A stretch of DNA of 63,335 bases, the filler included, from Welwitschia mirabilis (lineage: Eukaryota), in the NCBI GenBank assembly GCA_051453625.1. It is 7 parts of one record of this genome, joined end to end, with 100 filler letters (N's around TTAATTAATTAA, not from the genome) between each part and the next. Parts side by side here need not be neighbours in the genome. Positions count along the whole stretch, not along the records: positions 6,437 to 25,696 come from JBOZIK010000001.1; positions 25,797 to 27,212 come from JBOZIK010000001.1; positions 27,313 to 34,561 come from JBOZIK010000001.1; positions 34,662 to 56,935 come from JBOZIK010000001.1; 3 more parts are not named here. One strand, 5' to 3'. Shown in pieces: positions 24,401-37,500 of this stretch; the first letter of the stretch is position 1; every line of letters begins with the position of its first letter. The translations under genes were made by a program, and so were the position numbers. Below the pieces are notes generated by a model. That model was not told the origin of the DNA. It did not search any database and saw only the letters and a list, made by a program, of their open reading frames with translations.

Positions 24401-25696
24401 ACTCGGACATGATTGATGAAGAGGAAGATGAGTTAGAAGAAATCTATCAAGAGTTGTATAAAGAATATGAGAAGATCNNNNNNNNNNNNNNNNNNNNNNN
24501 NNNNNNNNNNNNNNNNNNNNNNNNNNNNNNNNNNNNNNNNNNNNNNNNNNNNNNNNNNNNNNNNNNNNNNNNNNNNNACATGATTGATGAAGAGGAAGAT
24601 GAGTTAGAAGAAACCTATCAAGAGTTGTATAAAGAATATGAGAAGATCGCTAAGAGAATCGATGAGTTGAACAAAATGATAAAGACTATTACAAAAGAAA
24701 AGGAGGAAGTAGAAGAGAAATGTCAAATACTCAAATCCGATAACTTCATGTTAACTATTCAAGTAAATAATCTTTCATTCTTTATAAATAAGTTTTCTGG
24801 TAGTTCATCTAAACTAGAACAGATGCNNNNNNNNNNATGAAAGAAAAATGGAGGCAAATCAGGTATTGATTTTGAAGCACAAATATCAAGAAAATAGGTA
24901 AACCGAATAAGTAAGTATGTGTCCAATATCTTATGCAATTTTTATGGTAGATTTGATCATTCTAAACTATTTTACAAAGTTAGATATATGATGTTTACTT
25001 CTGAACATGTGAACGCTTTATTATTTAAATTCATTCCTAAGAAGGATACATCATCTAAGTTAAATAAGACTAAGTGGGTTAAAGTTAATAATCTCTAAGG
25101 CTTTGTGACATAGATAAATTGTAGAGAATCTCATTTAAATAGTTCATACCTAGATAGTGGTTGTTCAATGCATATGACAGGAGATAAATTAAGCTTTTAT
25201 AACTTGAAGAGCATAAATGGAGGAGAAGTCATTTTGAGGTATCACATCTAATCTCAATAATGTACTTTATGTGAATAGTTTACAATACAATTTACTAAGC
25301 GTTAGTCAAATTTGTGATAAAGGGCATAGAATAATATTTAATAAATTGAAATGTATAGTTGATAATGAGAAAACAAATGTTGTTATTTTTAGTGTAAAAC
25401 ATGTTGATAAGACTTATAGATTAGATGTTAAAACTCTTGATCAATCAATTTATGAAAATCAACATTTTAAGAAAGATTATGATAAAACTAAATGTCATTA
25501 TATCAAATATGATGTAAACTCTAATTCTTGTAGTAAACTTATCTTTCATGGAAGTGATTTAGAGGTCAGTACACCATCCCTTATCTTATTGTAGGACGGT
25601 CGACTGGATCTATGATTTGGTTGACTAGATTTGATCAGTCGACTGGATTGAAAGCCTAGTCCCTTGAACCCCTTCTAGTACTGTAAACCCATGTCT
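21440..25696 (+). mobile_element. SIRE (Sirevirus, Ty1/Copia) element: 5' LTR, PBS, gag, protease; rest of pol absent or in gaps
   Basis: LTR has many GGGGTCGACC/TAG palindromes, TATAAATAG and the U5 motif TATTCAC..CCCCTCTAG (~23283-23302). PBS TGATATCAGAGC at 23323-23334. gag KVLRSLPKRFKRKVTAIEESKN...LEEL*GNLQTYEL, then a coiled-coil region. Protease YLDSGCSMHMTG (25147) and LQYNLLSVSQICDKG. Confidence 0.88.
22941..23040 (+). repeat. Three 35-bp tandem units in the SIRE LTR; second copy at ~22607-22700
   Basis: GACTTAGCCT(A/G)(C/T)AAAAGT recurs at 22941, 22976 and 23011. Confidence 0.85.
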
Positions 25697-28559
25697 NNNN
25701 NNNNNNNNNNNNNNNNNNNNNNNNNNNNNNNNNNNNNNNNTTAATTAATTAANNNNNNNNNNNNNNNNNNNNNNNNNNNNNNNNNNNNNNNNNNNNAAAA
25801 TCTTGGATGATGACCAAATCTTCCATCTTTGTATCTTAGCAGATGCTTTTCCTACTCATGTAGCTTTACATCCTTCACTCTCTATGAGAGAATGTCACAC
25901 TTACTTGTAGGAAACAATGATGAAAATGACATTGATAGAATACATACAGTGTTAAATTCATTGATCAATAACTCTTTTAATAATGGCTATTGCACACTTG
26001 TGAAGGGATCATTGCATGATTTTTATAGTCAATTATTTATAGCATTAAGTTTTCTTTCAAGTTGAGGACATTGAGTGGTAACTAAGGGTCTATGATGAAT
26101 AATGTTGGAATCTTCTATTTCTAGAATTAGACCATCAAAATGTAGCTTCATTTCTCATTCCTCTTAACTAAGAGTAATTTCTCAAAGTATATGAAAGACA
26201 TTAACATCTTTATTATGTTTGATATCTTCTAAGGCATGAAAATCTATCTCAGCATCTTAATAAAAAGGACCATTCTCCTTCTTAAAGCATAAGGCATGAT
26301 AATCTTGCATTTTATTTATAATAAAATTATATTTAGTGTGANNNNNNNNNNNNNNNNNNNNNNNNNNNNNNNNNNNNNNNNNNNNNNNNNNNNNNNNNNN
26401 NNNNNNNNNNNNNNNNNNNNNNNNNNNNNNNNNNNNNNNNNNNNNNNNNNNNNNNNNNNNNNNNNNNNNNNNNNNNNNNNNNNNNNNNNNNNNNNNNNNN
26501 NNNNNNNNNNNNNNNNNNNNNNNNNNNNNNNNNNNNNNNNNNNNNNNNNNNNNNNNNNNNNNNNNNNTGTCATTTAGAGTAGAGAAATGTTTACTTCTTA
26601 GGTAGGATTATATCTACCTTGAACCAATTCTAAAGACTAATACATCTGATTATAAATTGTGCATGATCTTAATTGTACAAATACTCATATTTCTTTCTAA
26701 AATATCTTAATTCCTTTAGATATAATAAAATCATGTTTATGTAAGTTAGGATATGGAGCTAATGCTGCTCAAGAGTTTTTGTAAAGGAGATGAGATTGAA
26801 GTTTGATATTATTGCATTACTCTGCCTTTTTCTTCATTCTCTTTGTAATCATAANNNNNNNNNNNNNNNNNNNNNNNNNNNNNNNNNNNNNNNNNNNNNN
26901 NNNNNNNNNNNNNNNNNNNNNNNNNNNNNNNNNNNNNNNNNNNNNNNNNNNNNNGGGTAATATATAACTTTAACCAATTCTAAAGACTAATACATCTCAT
27001 TATAAATTGTGCATGATCTTAGTTGTACAAATACTCATATTTCTTTTAAAAATGTCTTAATTTCTTTAGATATAATAAAATCATGTTTATGTAAGTTAGG
27101 ATATGGATCCAATGCTGCTCAAGAGTTTTTGTAAAGGAGATAAGATTGAAGTTTGATATTATTACATTACTCTGCCTTTTTCTTCATTCTCTTTGTAATC
27201 ATAATTGTTGAGNNNNNNNNNNNNNNNNNNNNNNNNNNNNNNNNNNNNNNNNNNNNTTAATTAATTAANNNNNNNNNNNNNNNNNNNNNNNNNNNNNNNN
27301 NNNNNNNNNNNNAACGATTAATAAATTTTTTTTGGAAGGTAAATAGATGGTTTAGGTAGGGGTTTGTTATCCACTAGAATATTCTTTTAGAATTTATCTC
27401 TTGAGCATCTATGCAAATAACTGATATGTGATTGATTTCTTCGAAGAAATTTTTTTTTTTTGGAACATTTAAAGCAAAGAACTACATTTCTTATATAAGA
27501 AAAAAAAGAAAGAACTACATTTTTATCAACTACCAAAAAATCTAAAATAAACTATCAAGAATATCCTTTTAGCATTTGTTTCATAATTACATATGCAAAT
27601 AAATGATATGCACTAGGCTTTTCTAAGGGAAAAAAATATTTTGAACTTTAAAGCAAAGAGCTACATTTTTATATAAGTGAGTGGGAAAAAAAGAAATACA
27701 ATTATATTGACCACCAAAAAAATCTAAAATAAACATTTAAGAAAGATGATAAATAGCAAGCAATCTTTAAAACATTCCATACCTCAGTATTGCGGCCTTG
27801 GAGAAGCTTCATTATCCATTGAGATATTTCTTTATAATTTTTTAATAGAGAAACTCCTTCAGATCATTTCAATCACTTTTAATTATGTAATTTATTTAGA
27901 GCATTTTGATTACGTTTTGATTGGGTGCATTTGTTACATCTTTTTATAGGGTGAATATGACTTCATTAAATTAGCTTTTCCATTTCATAATTTAGTTTTA
28001 ATAGATAATTTAATTTTAAAATAAAAACACATTTAAAAATAATTAAAAAATAGGTGTAACATTGTCCCAGACATCATCAATGGCTGGGGATGGCTTCTCA
28101 ATCAAATAATTAAGAAAAACATGTGTTGTAGTTTGGGGGTGGGAAAAAGATGACAGTGAGTGAGGTAAAGAAGCGAATATTGAGTGAGGTGGTAGTGCAA
28201 GATGTGATATTATGCATTATGGAGTGGCCATTAAAAAATGGTGGGCTAATTGATTTGAAATAATAAAATTTAAGAAGATGAGGGGTAAGTAATATTTTCT
28301 TCCATCATCTTTTCTTTATAGAAATTATTTTATAAGTATTCTTTAAAAAATAAATTTTTCAGAAAACTTAAACTTCTCTTGAGATGTCCATCTTGTTATT
28401 TTATAAATTAAATACTGTATACCCCTTTATGTTATTTACCTAACTAATTAGAATTCCCTTGTAACCTCTATCATCTAATTTTTGATACATTTGCAAATGC
28501 ACATGATAAACACATGAAGTTTAAAAATGATAAATTAATATATCATTAGCTTTTGGTCA

Positions 28560-30528
28560 TACCAGATCTCATATAGTAATTTTTCTTGATTTGTCTTTGT
28601 AGGAATTTGATTTTAAATATAGGCTATAATAGAACATTATTCTGCACAAAATTTATTTTCTAGGCTATCTTACTTCAACATACACTTAGTCATGTCCAAA
28701 ATTGTATGAAATTTTTACTCTACCATTGATTCATTTTTTGGAGTGTATACATTTGTCTTCTAATGAATAATTCCATATTTTTTATAAAAATTTTGAAAAT
28801 CATGTGAAGTAAAGTCCCTTTCTTAATTAGATCTAATATTCGTAAGTGTAAGAACTTTTTGATTCTCAACTTCAACCTTAAAATCTTGTAAAAAAACAAA
28901 TTCCTAATCTTTTATTTGAATGTAATGACTCCATGTCATGCATGAATGATTATTAATTATCAAGAACATATATCTATAGTGTCTAATACTAATAGATTAC
29001 ATGAGTTCGTAAATATCTAGATGCACTAGATCTACACATGAAGATGAAATTTGTTCTCTATGTAAAAAAGGATAACTTTGAAATTACACAAATACCATAA
29101 TTACCATATTTAGAAAATTTTGAACCATGTATACCTTTTATAAGTTCTTTATTATGCATGTTTATAAATGTTTGAAAATTCAAGTAACCACATTGGACAT
29201 TCCATAGAAGCCTTTGGTCTTTGAAAACTATAAACACTTTACATCATTTTGTAATCATAGAAAAAACATCTTATTTGTTGTCATTAAAGATGTAACAACT
29301 TCTTGTCCATATTCCTTTAAAATTATTCAATAATTTTTTTGATGTTATATCTAATAACTACTTTATCATAATTATTTAATGCTTAAAAGATTCTTAGTTA
29401 ATGCAATAACATAATAAATATCTAAAATGATATAATCACATCTAATTTAGAAGGGAATGTAATAGAATTTATACCATCAATGGTAACTTTTCCATAATTT
29501 CCAAATAGCACTTTTCCTTCATGAGAAGGGAGATATGAGAGAATCCTCTTATCTATAGTTATGTGGCTATTGTAATCTCTATATAGATATTAAATATTAC
29601 TAGTGCCTTTCTTGGAATCTCAAATCAAATATAATTTTCCTTCTATTCAAAACAAATTAATTCGTTGTTCTTCATGCTTGCAAAACAGATTTCTTTCTTT
29701 TTGAATCTTTTGATCTCTTATTTTGTTAAAATACCAAGAATTATCATGATTTATCATCTATTAATAAGTATAAAACTTATTATATTTTTTATTCCTACTT
29801 TGAATCTTTCCTTTGTTTTCTCCTTTTTCATGAAAGTTATCACATGAAATGGAGGAATTGCTTGATTATTTTTGAAATATTTTCGTATTAGGAAAACTAT
29901 GTATACTTACTTGATTCCTGAATTCATGTGCAATTTGATTATTGTGATCTACTATTCTTTGCTCCTATGTCTTTAGGCTTCTAATAAGCTCAATCATTAT
30001 CAATCTTGAGAGATTACATGCATCTTTATTTACAAAGATAATAGGATCAAATTGTCTAGATAAGATTCATAAAACTTTTACAATAATTTTTGAATCACTA
30101 AGATTTTTTCCTACCAATCATAAATCATTACTGCTCTATTGTACTCTATTGATAAATTGATCAATATATTTAGAATATTTCCTTACTAAAGATTCAAAAT
30201 CTCTTATTGCTCAATAATTTTTGAAAAAAAAATTTCTATCAACACTTGATTAGATAAGGAATAAATCTTTTGCATCTACCTTTCTTCACATCCATGCTTC
30301 TTTCTTTACGATTTTATCTAGTCATGAAAATGTAAAAGGATCCTTTACATCTATGAAACTGTCATGATCAAATCCTATAAAAATAAAAAACATCTTTATC
30401 CTAATATCCCTATAATCATAGTTAGTACCATTGAATATTGGTACTTTAAGTAAAATAGTTTCTGAACCATTCATTATGTTGATAAAGATAATTATCAAAA
30501 ACCTTTACTATCAAGCTTTGCTATCAAT
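28560..30528 (-). pseudogene. Copia gag-protease-integrase, degraded (5' half of the 18418-30817 element)
   Basis: Minus strand: GKVLFGNYGKVTIDG...DIYYVIALTKNLLSI (~29520-29375) and integrase FQNFYKKYGIIH*KTNVYTPKNESMVE*KFHTILDMTKCML (~28800-28675). Confidence 0.8.
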
Positions 30529-30817
30529 TATTAAAGTATAAGCCTAGAGATAAATTTTAAAACTAACTAGTAAGAAGATAAAATAGAGAAAACGAACTTA
30601 TTATTCAATCAAAAAGGCTATGCCTTAAATATATAAACTCATACTAAAGATAGTTGAGAGAATCAAGGATGAAATGAGGGAGAATATCTAGGATAAAATA
30701 AAGGAAAAAATCAAGGAATAAATATTTTCTCAGATCTTAACCTATTTAGTCTAAAAATAGATGATATTGGATTTAATGAATAATATTAATAAATGATAAA
30801 TGAATCAATTGCATTCA
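30529..30817 (-). repeat. 5' LTR of the Copia element
   Basis: Aligns with 18418-18707. Followed on the minus strand by a decayed tRNAi-Met PBS. Confidence 0.8.
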
Positions 30818-33454
30818 ATATATATTCTACATATTTACTTGTAAATTTCCTTTAAAATTGTATTATTAATATAATTTAGTATTTGATCTTTGTCTATCTT
30901 TCAGTGTATATGCACCTCTCAATTTTTTTTCTTTTTTTTTTTTTTTGAGGGCATTACATAATCTTTATTAAACTAAAAATAGTTTTACACCACTCCTTTT
31001 ATAGCTAAAAGTATAACATTATATTTTGCACTTATTTTTCCATTTTTTTTCCTATTTCATGCATATCTCAAATATTAAAACTAGTAAATCCTTCATATAT
31101 TAAAAAAAAAAACCTTAAAGAAAGAAAGTTAAAATACTTAAAATAATAATTATCTTTGATGATATAGGAGAAATATTACTAGACATTCATCCAATAATAA
31201 ATTTTAGTTTTAGTAAGCATGCTATGAGAAATTTCTATCATATTTTAGCACTATTAGAAAACACTAAAAAAGCTAAACATTTTTGTTTGTATTATTTTTT
31301 TGCGATGCCAACTTAGATGTATTTGATGGAGTATTTTGAGTTGTTTTGTAGATAAACTAATAGATAAATGCCTAGTTCCTATGACAATCGAGAATCCAAG
31401 AGTACAAGACAAAAACATGCAGTTTATCAGATAATTTACAAGTATTTCATGTAGATATGGATAAATTGTATTTTCAGANNNNNNNNNNNNNNNNNNNNNN
31501 NNNNNNNNNNNNNNNNNNNNNNNNNNNNNNNNNNNNNNNNNNNNNNNNNNNNNNNNNNNNNNNNNNNNNNNNNNNNNNTATGAGAAATTTGTATCATATT
31601 TTAGCACTATTAGAAAACACTAAAAAAGCTAAACATTTTTGTTTGTATTATTTTGTTGCGATGCCAACTTAGATGTATTTGACAGGGTATTTTGAGTTGT
31701 TTTGCAGATAAACTAATAGATAAATGCTTAGTTCTTATGACAATCAAGAATCCAGGAGCACAAGACAAAAACATGCAGCTTATCAGATAATTCACAAGTA
31801 TTTCATGTAGATAGGGATAAATTATATTTTTAGATAAATATTCCTACAAATAACAAGATATAAGAATGATAAAGGATAAAGAAAAGACTATCGTCTGCTC
31901 TGTCGTCCACACGATAGGCAGGACGACAACCCCAATTGAGCAACAAATAGACTTCTTTCTAGATAACTTATAGTTAAACTAAACATCTTCTTATCAGACA
32001 TCATCGTCTAGCTTATCGTCTAGATGATACTAGTGGACGATATCTCTAGAAATAGTCAACGATAGTTTACATGAAGATTACAAGCAGTAAATTGGAAGCT
32101 AAGTAAATAACTCATTATTAATCCTCATCATCTCCTACATTGTCCGGACGATCAGAAGGATGATACTATTCTCCCATAGTTTTATAGAATGTATTCCTAA
32201 GTTAGCGCCTGTTATTTGTGACTTTCCTTTACATGTTAGCTAAATTTTCTACTTTACCTTTCTATCAGTTTACCTTCCCTTCCTATCTATAAATAAAGAT
32301 GTTCCCCTTGATTCCTAATAATCTTCAACAGTACCTGACATTCTCATAATAGGAGATCTTGAGACTGGAGAATCATCTTGTAATTCAGAGAGATGTTACC
32401 TTGGTGTTGGGCAGTGTATCCTCCATTGAGAAACGATTACCTTGTGATACAGATGCTTTTTATATCTTTAATATAAATTATCCTTTTTGNNNNNNNNNNN
32501 NNNNNNNNNNNNNNNNNNNNNNNNNNNNNNNNNNNNNNNNNNNNNNNNNNNNNNNNNNNNNNNNNNNNNNNNNNNNNNNNNNNNNNNNNNNNNNNNNNNN
32601 NNNNNNNNNNNNNNNNNNNNNNNNNNNNNNNNNNNNNNNNNNNNNNNNNNNNNNNNNNNNNNNNNNNNNNNNNNNNNNNNNNNNNNNNNNNNNNNNNNNN
32701 NNNNNNNNNNNNNNNNNNNNNNNNNNNNNNNNNNNNNNNNNNNNNNNNNNNNNNNNNNNNNNNNNNNNNNNNNNNNNNNNNNNNNNNNNNNNNNNNNNNN
32801 NNNNNNNNNNNNNNNNNNNNNNNNNNNNNNNNNNNNNNNNNNNNNNNNNNNNNNNNNNNNNNNNNNNNNNNNNNNNNNNNNNNNNNNNNNNNNNNNNNNN
32901 NNNNNNNNNNNNNNNNNNNNNNNNNNNNNNNNNNNNNNNNNNNNNNNNNNNNNNNNNNNNNNNNNNNNNNNNNNNNNNNNNNNNNNNNNNNNNNNNNNNN
33001 NNNNNNNNNNNNNNNNNNNNNNNNNNNNNNNNNNNNNNNNNNNNNNNNNNNNNNNNNNNNNNNNNNNNNNNNNNNNNNNNNNNNNNNNNNACTTATCCCT
33101 CATAGTTTATGTTATTCTAGATTTATGACAGGTTTCTTTAATTATATAAATTATGAGGGCAACCATTGTTAAGGTTGAGCTTGATTAGATTAGGTGCATT
33201 ACTATTTATTTTCATAGATTAGTTTTACATTATTATTTTAATTTCCATGCATTGCAATTTATTTCAGTAGAATAGAGTTACATATTTCATTCTTGAAATC
33301 AACTCTTTATTATCCATTCCATTGGCCTTCGATGGAATTATGACATTCGGTTCACTGGTGACTATACTAGCGTGCTATATTTTGCATATTATTTATAATT
33401 AACAGGATTGAGATTGAAGAGTAAAACATTGCATAAATACACACCACAACAAAT

Positions 33455-33472
33455 TGGTGTCGTTTTCGGGAA
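33455..33472 (+). promoter_or_regulatory. Primer-binding site, tRNA-Asp type (Athila)
   Basis: TGGTGTCGTTTTCGGGAA matches the canonical TGGCGCCGTTGCCGGGGA at 13/18 positions. It lies 3 nt after the LTR end. Confidence 0.8.
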
Positions 33473-34183
33473 GGCTTCTTGAAAATTGAGAGTTGTCGTT
33501 GCTTCAATGGATATTTCACATGTTTGCTGCAACATCATTGTACCAGTACTCTATAAGTATTTTATTTCAGTTTTTAATTTTTACTAACCACTGATGTCCC
33601 CTTCATCATCTAGACATCACAGATGGATGACAGTCCCCTTTTCGGCTTTCCCTCGTTTTGTGGTTTTTCTGTGTTTTTTCTCTATCATCTCAGGTATCTT
33701 CTAGATNNNNNNNNNNATCGAGAGTTGTCGTTGCTTCAGTGAATATTCCGGGTGTTTGCTGCAGCATCGGTATACCATTACCCCCTGTAAGTATTTTCCT
33801 TTCAGTTTTTTTTCCTTTTGTTTTTTTACTAACCACTGACGTCCACTCAGTCATCCAGACGTCACAGTCAGATGACAGATCCTTTTCTGTCTTTTTCCTA
33901 TTTTTTGTATTTTTCTGTTTTTTTGTCTGTGTCATCTCAGGTATCGTCGGGACGACAAGCAGGACGATAAGCAGGATAGCACTAAAACTAAATGGTGAAA
34001 ATCGGAAAAAGTAAAAAATATCAGAGAGAGCGACAATTCATTGTAGAAAATATCCGAGAAGGTTTGCTAAATTTTGAATTTGAAAATTAAAATAGCCCAG
34101 GTACACAAACTTTACAATTTCCTGAAATTTCTGATTTTAATTCTGTAAAAGAATCTGATTTTAATTTTGAAGAATTTAATACC

Positions 34184-34561
34184 ATGTTGATCTCTTATCA
34201 AAAACAACCTATCTCTCCAAATCCACCACCTGTCATTGGAACTATTGCTCCTACTCCTCCTCAACCAAACACTCGTGCTACTTTGAGAGATCTCATATCC
34301 AACAAAAGACTTGAAATTCAAAACCCCTTTGACTTATCTCCTGGTGATGATGTAGAACTGAAAAACCTGAACGCTTATCCTACCTTTAGAGTAGAACTTG
34401 ATGAAGACCCCCTACAACACATTGCAGAAATAGAACAACTCATTCTTACATCTAACAATGATAAGAAACGCATAACTAATAGAACTTACGTGATCATCTT
34501 TCCCATGATTTTGTGAGACACGGCTAAACTTTGGCTTAGGACAATTCCTCATAAAAGCCTA
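34184..34561 (+). pseudogene. Athila-type gag N-terminus
   Basis: TLRDL...PTF....EDPLQHIAEIEQL...IFPMIL*DTAKLWLRTIP, matching the Athila gag pattern P.F.G...EDP..H...FP.SL.D.AK.WL. Premature TGA at 34514-34516. Confidence 0.8.
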
Positions 34562-37500
34562 NNNNNNNNNNNNNNNNNNNNNNNNNNNNNNNNNNNNNNN
34601 NNNNNTTAATTAATTAANNNNNNNNNNNNNNNNNNNNNNNNNNNNNNNNNNNNNNNNNNNNTTTCATTCTAGTCATTGCTACATTTTTCATTTTCATTAG
34701 TTTAGGTAATTCGAGACGTATTGCATATTTTAAGTGGGGAGGCAGGATACATATATATTTTTAATGTTGCATATTTCTAATTCAAATTTTTCGATTAGGA
34801 TAAATCATTATTGAAAATCCTTCTTAATTTTTACATGATTATATTTAACTACTTATCACATTAGGAGCTGTTTATTAAAACTTTATAATATTAATGCAAA
34901 ATTTGTTTTCCGTCATAGGTTCTAGACTTTAAAAAATATTTAAGGAGCCTGTCGTCCCTAATATCATCCAGACGACAATCCAGACAACACACTTCTAATA
35001 CTCCATAGGTTCTAAACTTTGAAAAACATTTAAGGAGCTTGTTGTCCCCAATATCGTTTGGATGATAATCCGGACGACACACTTCTGATACTCTACAGGT
35101 ATTTAAATTTAGCTTTTATATTGTTAGAAATGTAGTTCATTACTGCTACCTTTACATATCCTAGCTTTCCTTGTTTAAAATAGTTGTCTTGTAAACACAA
35201 TTGACNNNNNNNNNNNNNNNNNNNNNNNNNNNNNNNNNNNNNNNNNNNNNNNNNNNNNNNNNNNNNNNNNNNNNNNNNNNNNNNNNNNNNNNNNNNNNNN
35301 NNNNNNNNNNNNNNNNNNNNNNNNNNNNNNNNNNNNNNNNNNNNNNNNNNNNNNNNNNNNNNNNNNNNNNNNNNNNNNNNNNNNNNNNNNNNNNNNNNNN
35401 NNNNNNNNNNNNNNNNNNNNNNNNNNNNNNNNNNNNNNNNNNNNNNNNNNNNNNNNNNNNNNNNNNNNNNNNNNNNNNNNNNNNNNNNNNNNNNNNNNNN
35501 NNNNNNNNNNNNNNNNNNNNNNNNNNNNNNNNNNNNNNNNNNNNNNNNNNNNNNNNNNNNNNNNNNNNNNNNNNNNNNNNNNNNNNNNNNNNNNNNNNNN
35601 NNNNNNNNNNNNNNNNNNNNNNTTTGCATGAATATCACAAGCAGTAAACTATAAGCTAAGCAAATAACTCATTATTAATTCTCATCATCTTTTACATTAT
35701 CCAGATGACTAGAAGGATGACACTGTTCTCCTACAGTTTTACAGAATGTATTCCCGAGTTATCGCCTGTTATTTGCGACTTTTCCTTGCATGTTAGCTAG
35801 AGTTTCTACTTTACCTTTCTGTCAGTTTATCTTTCCTTCCTGTTTATAAATAAAGATNNNNNNNNNNNNNNNNNNNNNNNNNNNNNNNNNNNNNNNNNNN
35901 NNNNNNNNNNNNNNNNNNNNNNNNNNNNNNNNNNNNNNNNNNNNNNNNNNNNNNNNNNNNNNNNNNNNNNNNNNNNNNNNNNNNNNNNNNNNNNNNNNNN
36001 NNNNNNNNNNNNNNNNNNNNNNNNNNNNNNNNNNNNNNNNNNNNNNNNNNNNNNNNNNNNNNNNNNNNNNNNNNNNNNNNNNNNNNNNNNNNNNNNNNNN
36101 NNNNNNNNNNNNNNNNNNNNNNNNNNNNNNNNACCTTTGTTAAGGTTAAGCTTGATTAGATTAGGTGCATTGCTGTTTCTTTTCATAGATTAATTTTGCA
36201 TCATTATTTCAATTTCCATGCATTGCAATTTATTTCAGTAGAATAGATTTACATATTTCATTCTTGAAATCAACTCTTTATTATCCATACCATTGGCCTT
36301 CGATGAAATTATGACATTCGGTTTACTCCCGACTATACTAGCGTGCTATATTTTTCATCTTATTTATAATTAATAGGATTGAGATCGAAGAGTGAAACAT
36401 TACATAAATACACACCTATTTCAATCTAATTTGAAAGCTTGAACTAGCCCAAAAAAAAATTATTTTTTGATTGATTACCTACATGATGAGTCAATCACTG
36501 TACAAAACGAATCCTAGTTTGACAAATAAAAGATGATGCTAAAGTTGTTTAATCNNNNNNNNNNNNNNNNNNNNNNNNNNNNNNNNNNNNNNNNNNNNNN
36601 NNNNNNNNNNNNNNNNNNNNNNNNNNNNNNNNNNNNNNNNNNNNNNNNNNNNNNTATGATGTATTTTTCATCTTATTTATAATTAACAGGATTGAGATTG
36701 AAGAGTGAAACATTACATAGATACACACCTATTTTAATCTAATTTGGAAGCTTAAACTAGCCCAAAAAAAAAAATTCTTTTTTGATTGATTACCTACATG
36801 ATGAGTCAATCACTGTACAAAAAGAATCCTAGTTTGACAAATAAAAGATGATGCTAAAGTTGTTTAATCTTGTTCTTAGTATTTTTAATAAAATAATGAC
36901 TGATTTGAATTTTAATAAAGTAAAAATGAAGCTACTTATAAGAAAAGGGATGTGAGATATAGGTTCATTAAAGTTTTAATGGATGGATGTACTACCACTC
37001 TAAATGAAATGTTTTTCTTATAGACATCTCTTCAATTTATAGATGATTGATGGAGTTATTTTTGGCATGTGTCATACCTTGTTCAAAGATCATTACATGT
37101 TTGTGACAAAAATTGTACCTCCTTCATCATAACCTCATAAAGAAAAAGACTATTTTACTTGCTTTGTTTAAACATAAAGACTAACGTACACATCTGTAGA
37201 TCTTAAAGACTAGATAAAACACAATAAAAAGAATATATTTTGTCATAGCATCATGTTGCATTACTTAGTAATTTTATTATAGGAAACTTTACTTAAGTAA
37301 AGTTATGAAAAATATTACTCATGTACCACACATCTAGTTTAGCTTATACAGGAGAATCTGTGGTTTCAAGTGCTAATGTTAAAAAAATATTATAGATAAA
37401 ATCATTTCTTTACTAAAGTAGTTATCCATATTCTGATTAAAGTAATAACAAAAATGATGAATGTACAAGAGTGGATCTATAGTAAAATCTCTTGTCTTAA

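Larger units (their letters stand above)
18418..30817 (-). mobile_element. Ancient Ty1/Copia element with both LTRs, expanded by nested insertions
   Basis: Matching ~290 bp LTRs (18418-18707 and 30529-30817). Decayed PBS TGATAGCAAAGC beside the right LTR and PPT AAAAGGGAGAAT beside the left LTR. Domains in Copia order on the minus strand. Candidate TSD GTATA/ATATA. Confidence 0.75.
31654..36416 (+). mobile_element. Athila-type element: 5' LTR (31654-33451), PBS, gag N-terminus, gap, 3' LTR remnant (35623-36416)
   Basis: 5' LTR TGTTGCGATGCC...CACCACAACA. The 3' LTR repeats ~32065-32300 and ~33160-33445. TATTT flanks both ends (31649-31653 and 36417-36421) as a candidate TSD. Confidence 0.85.
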
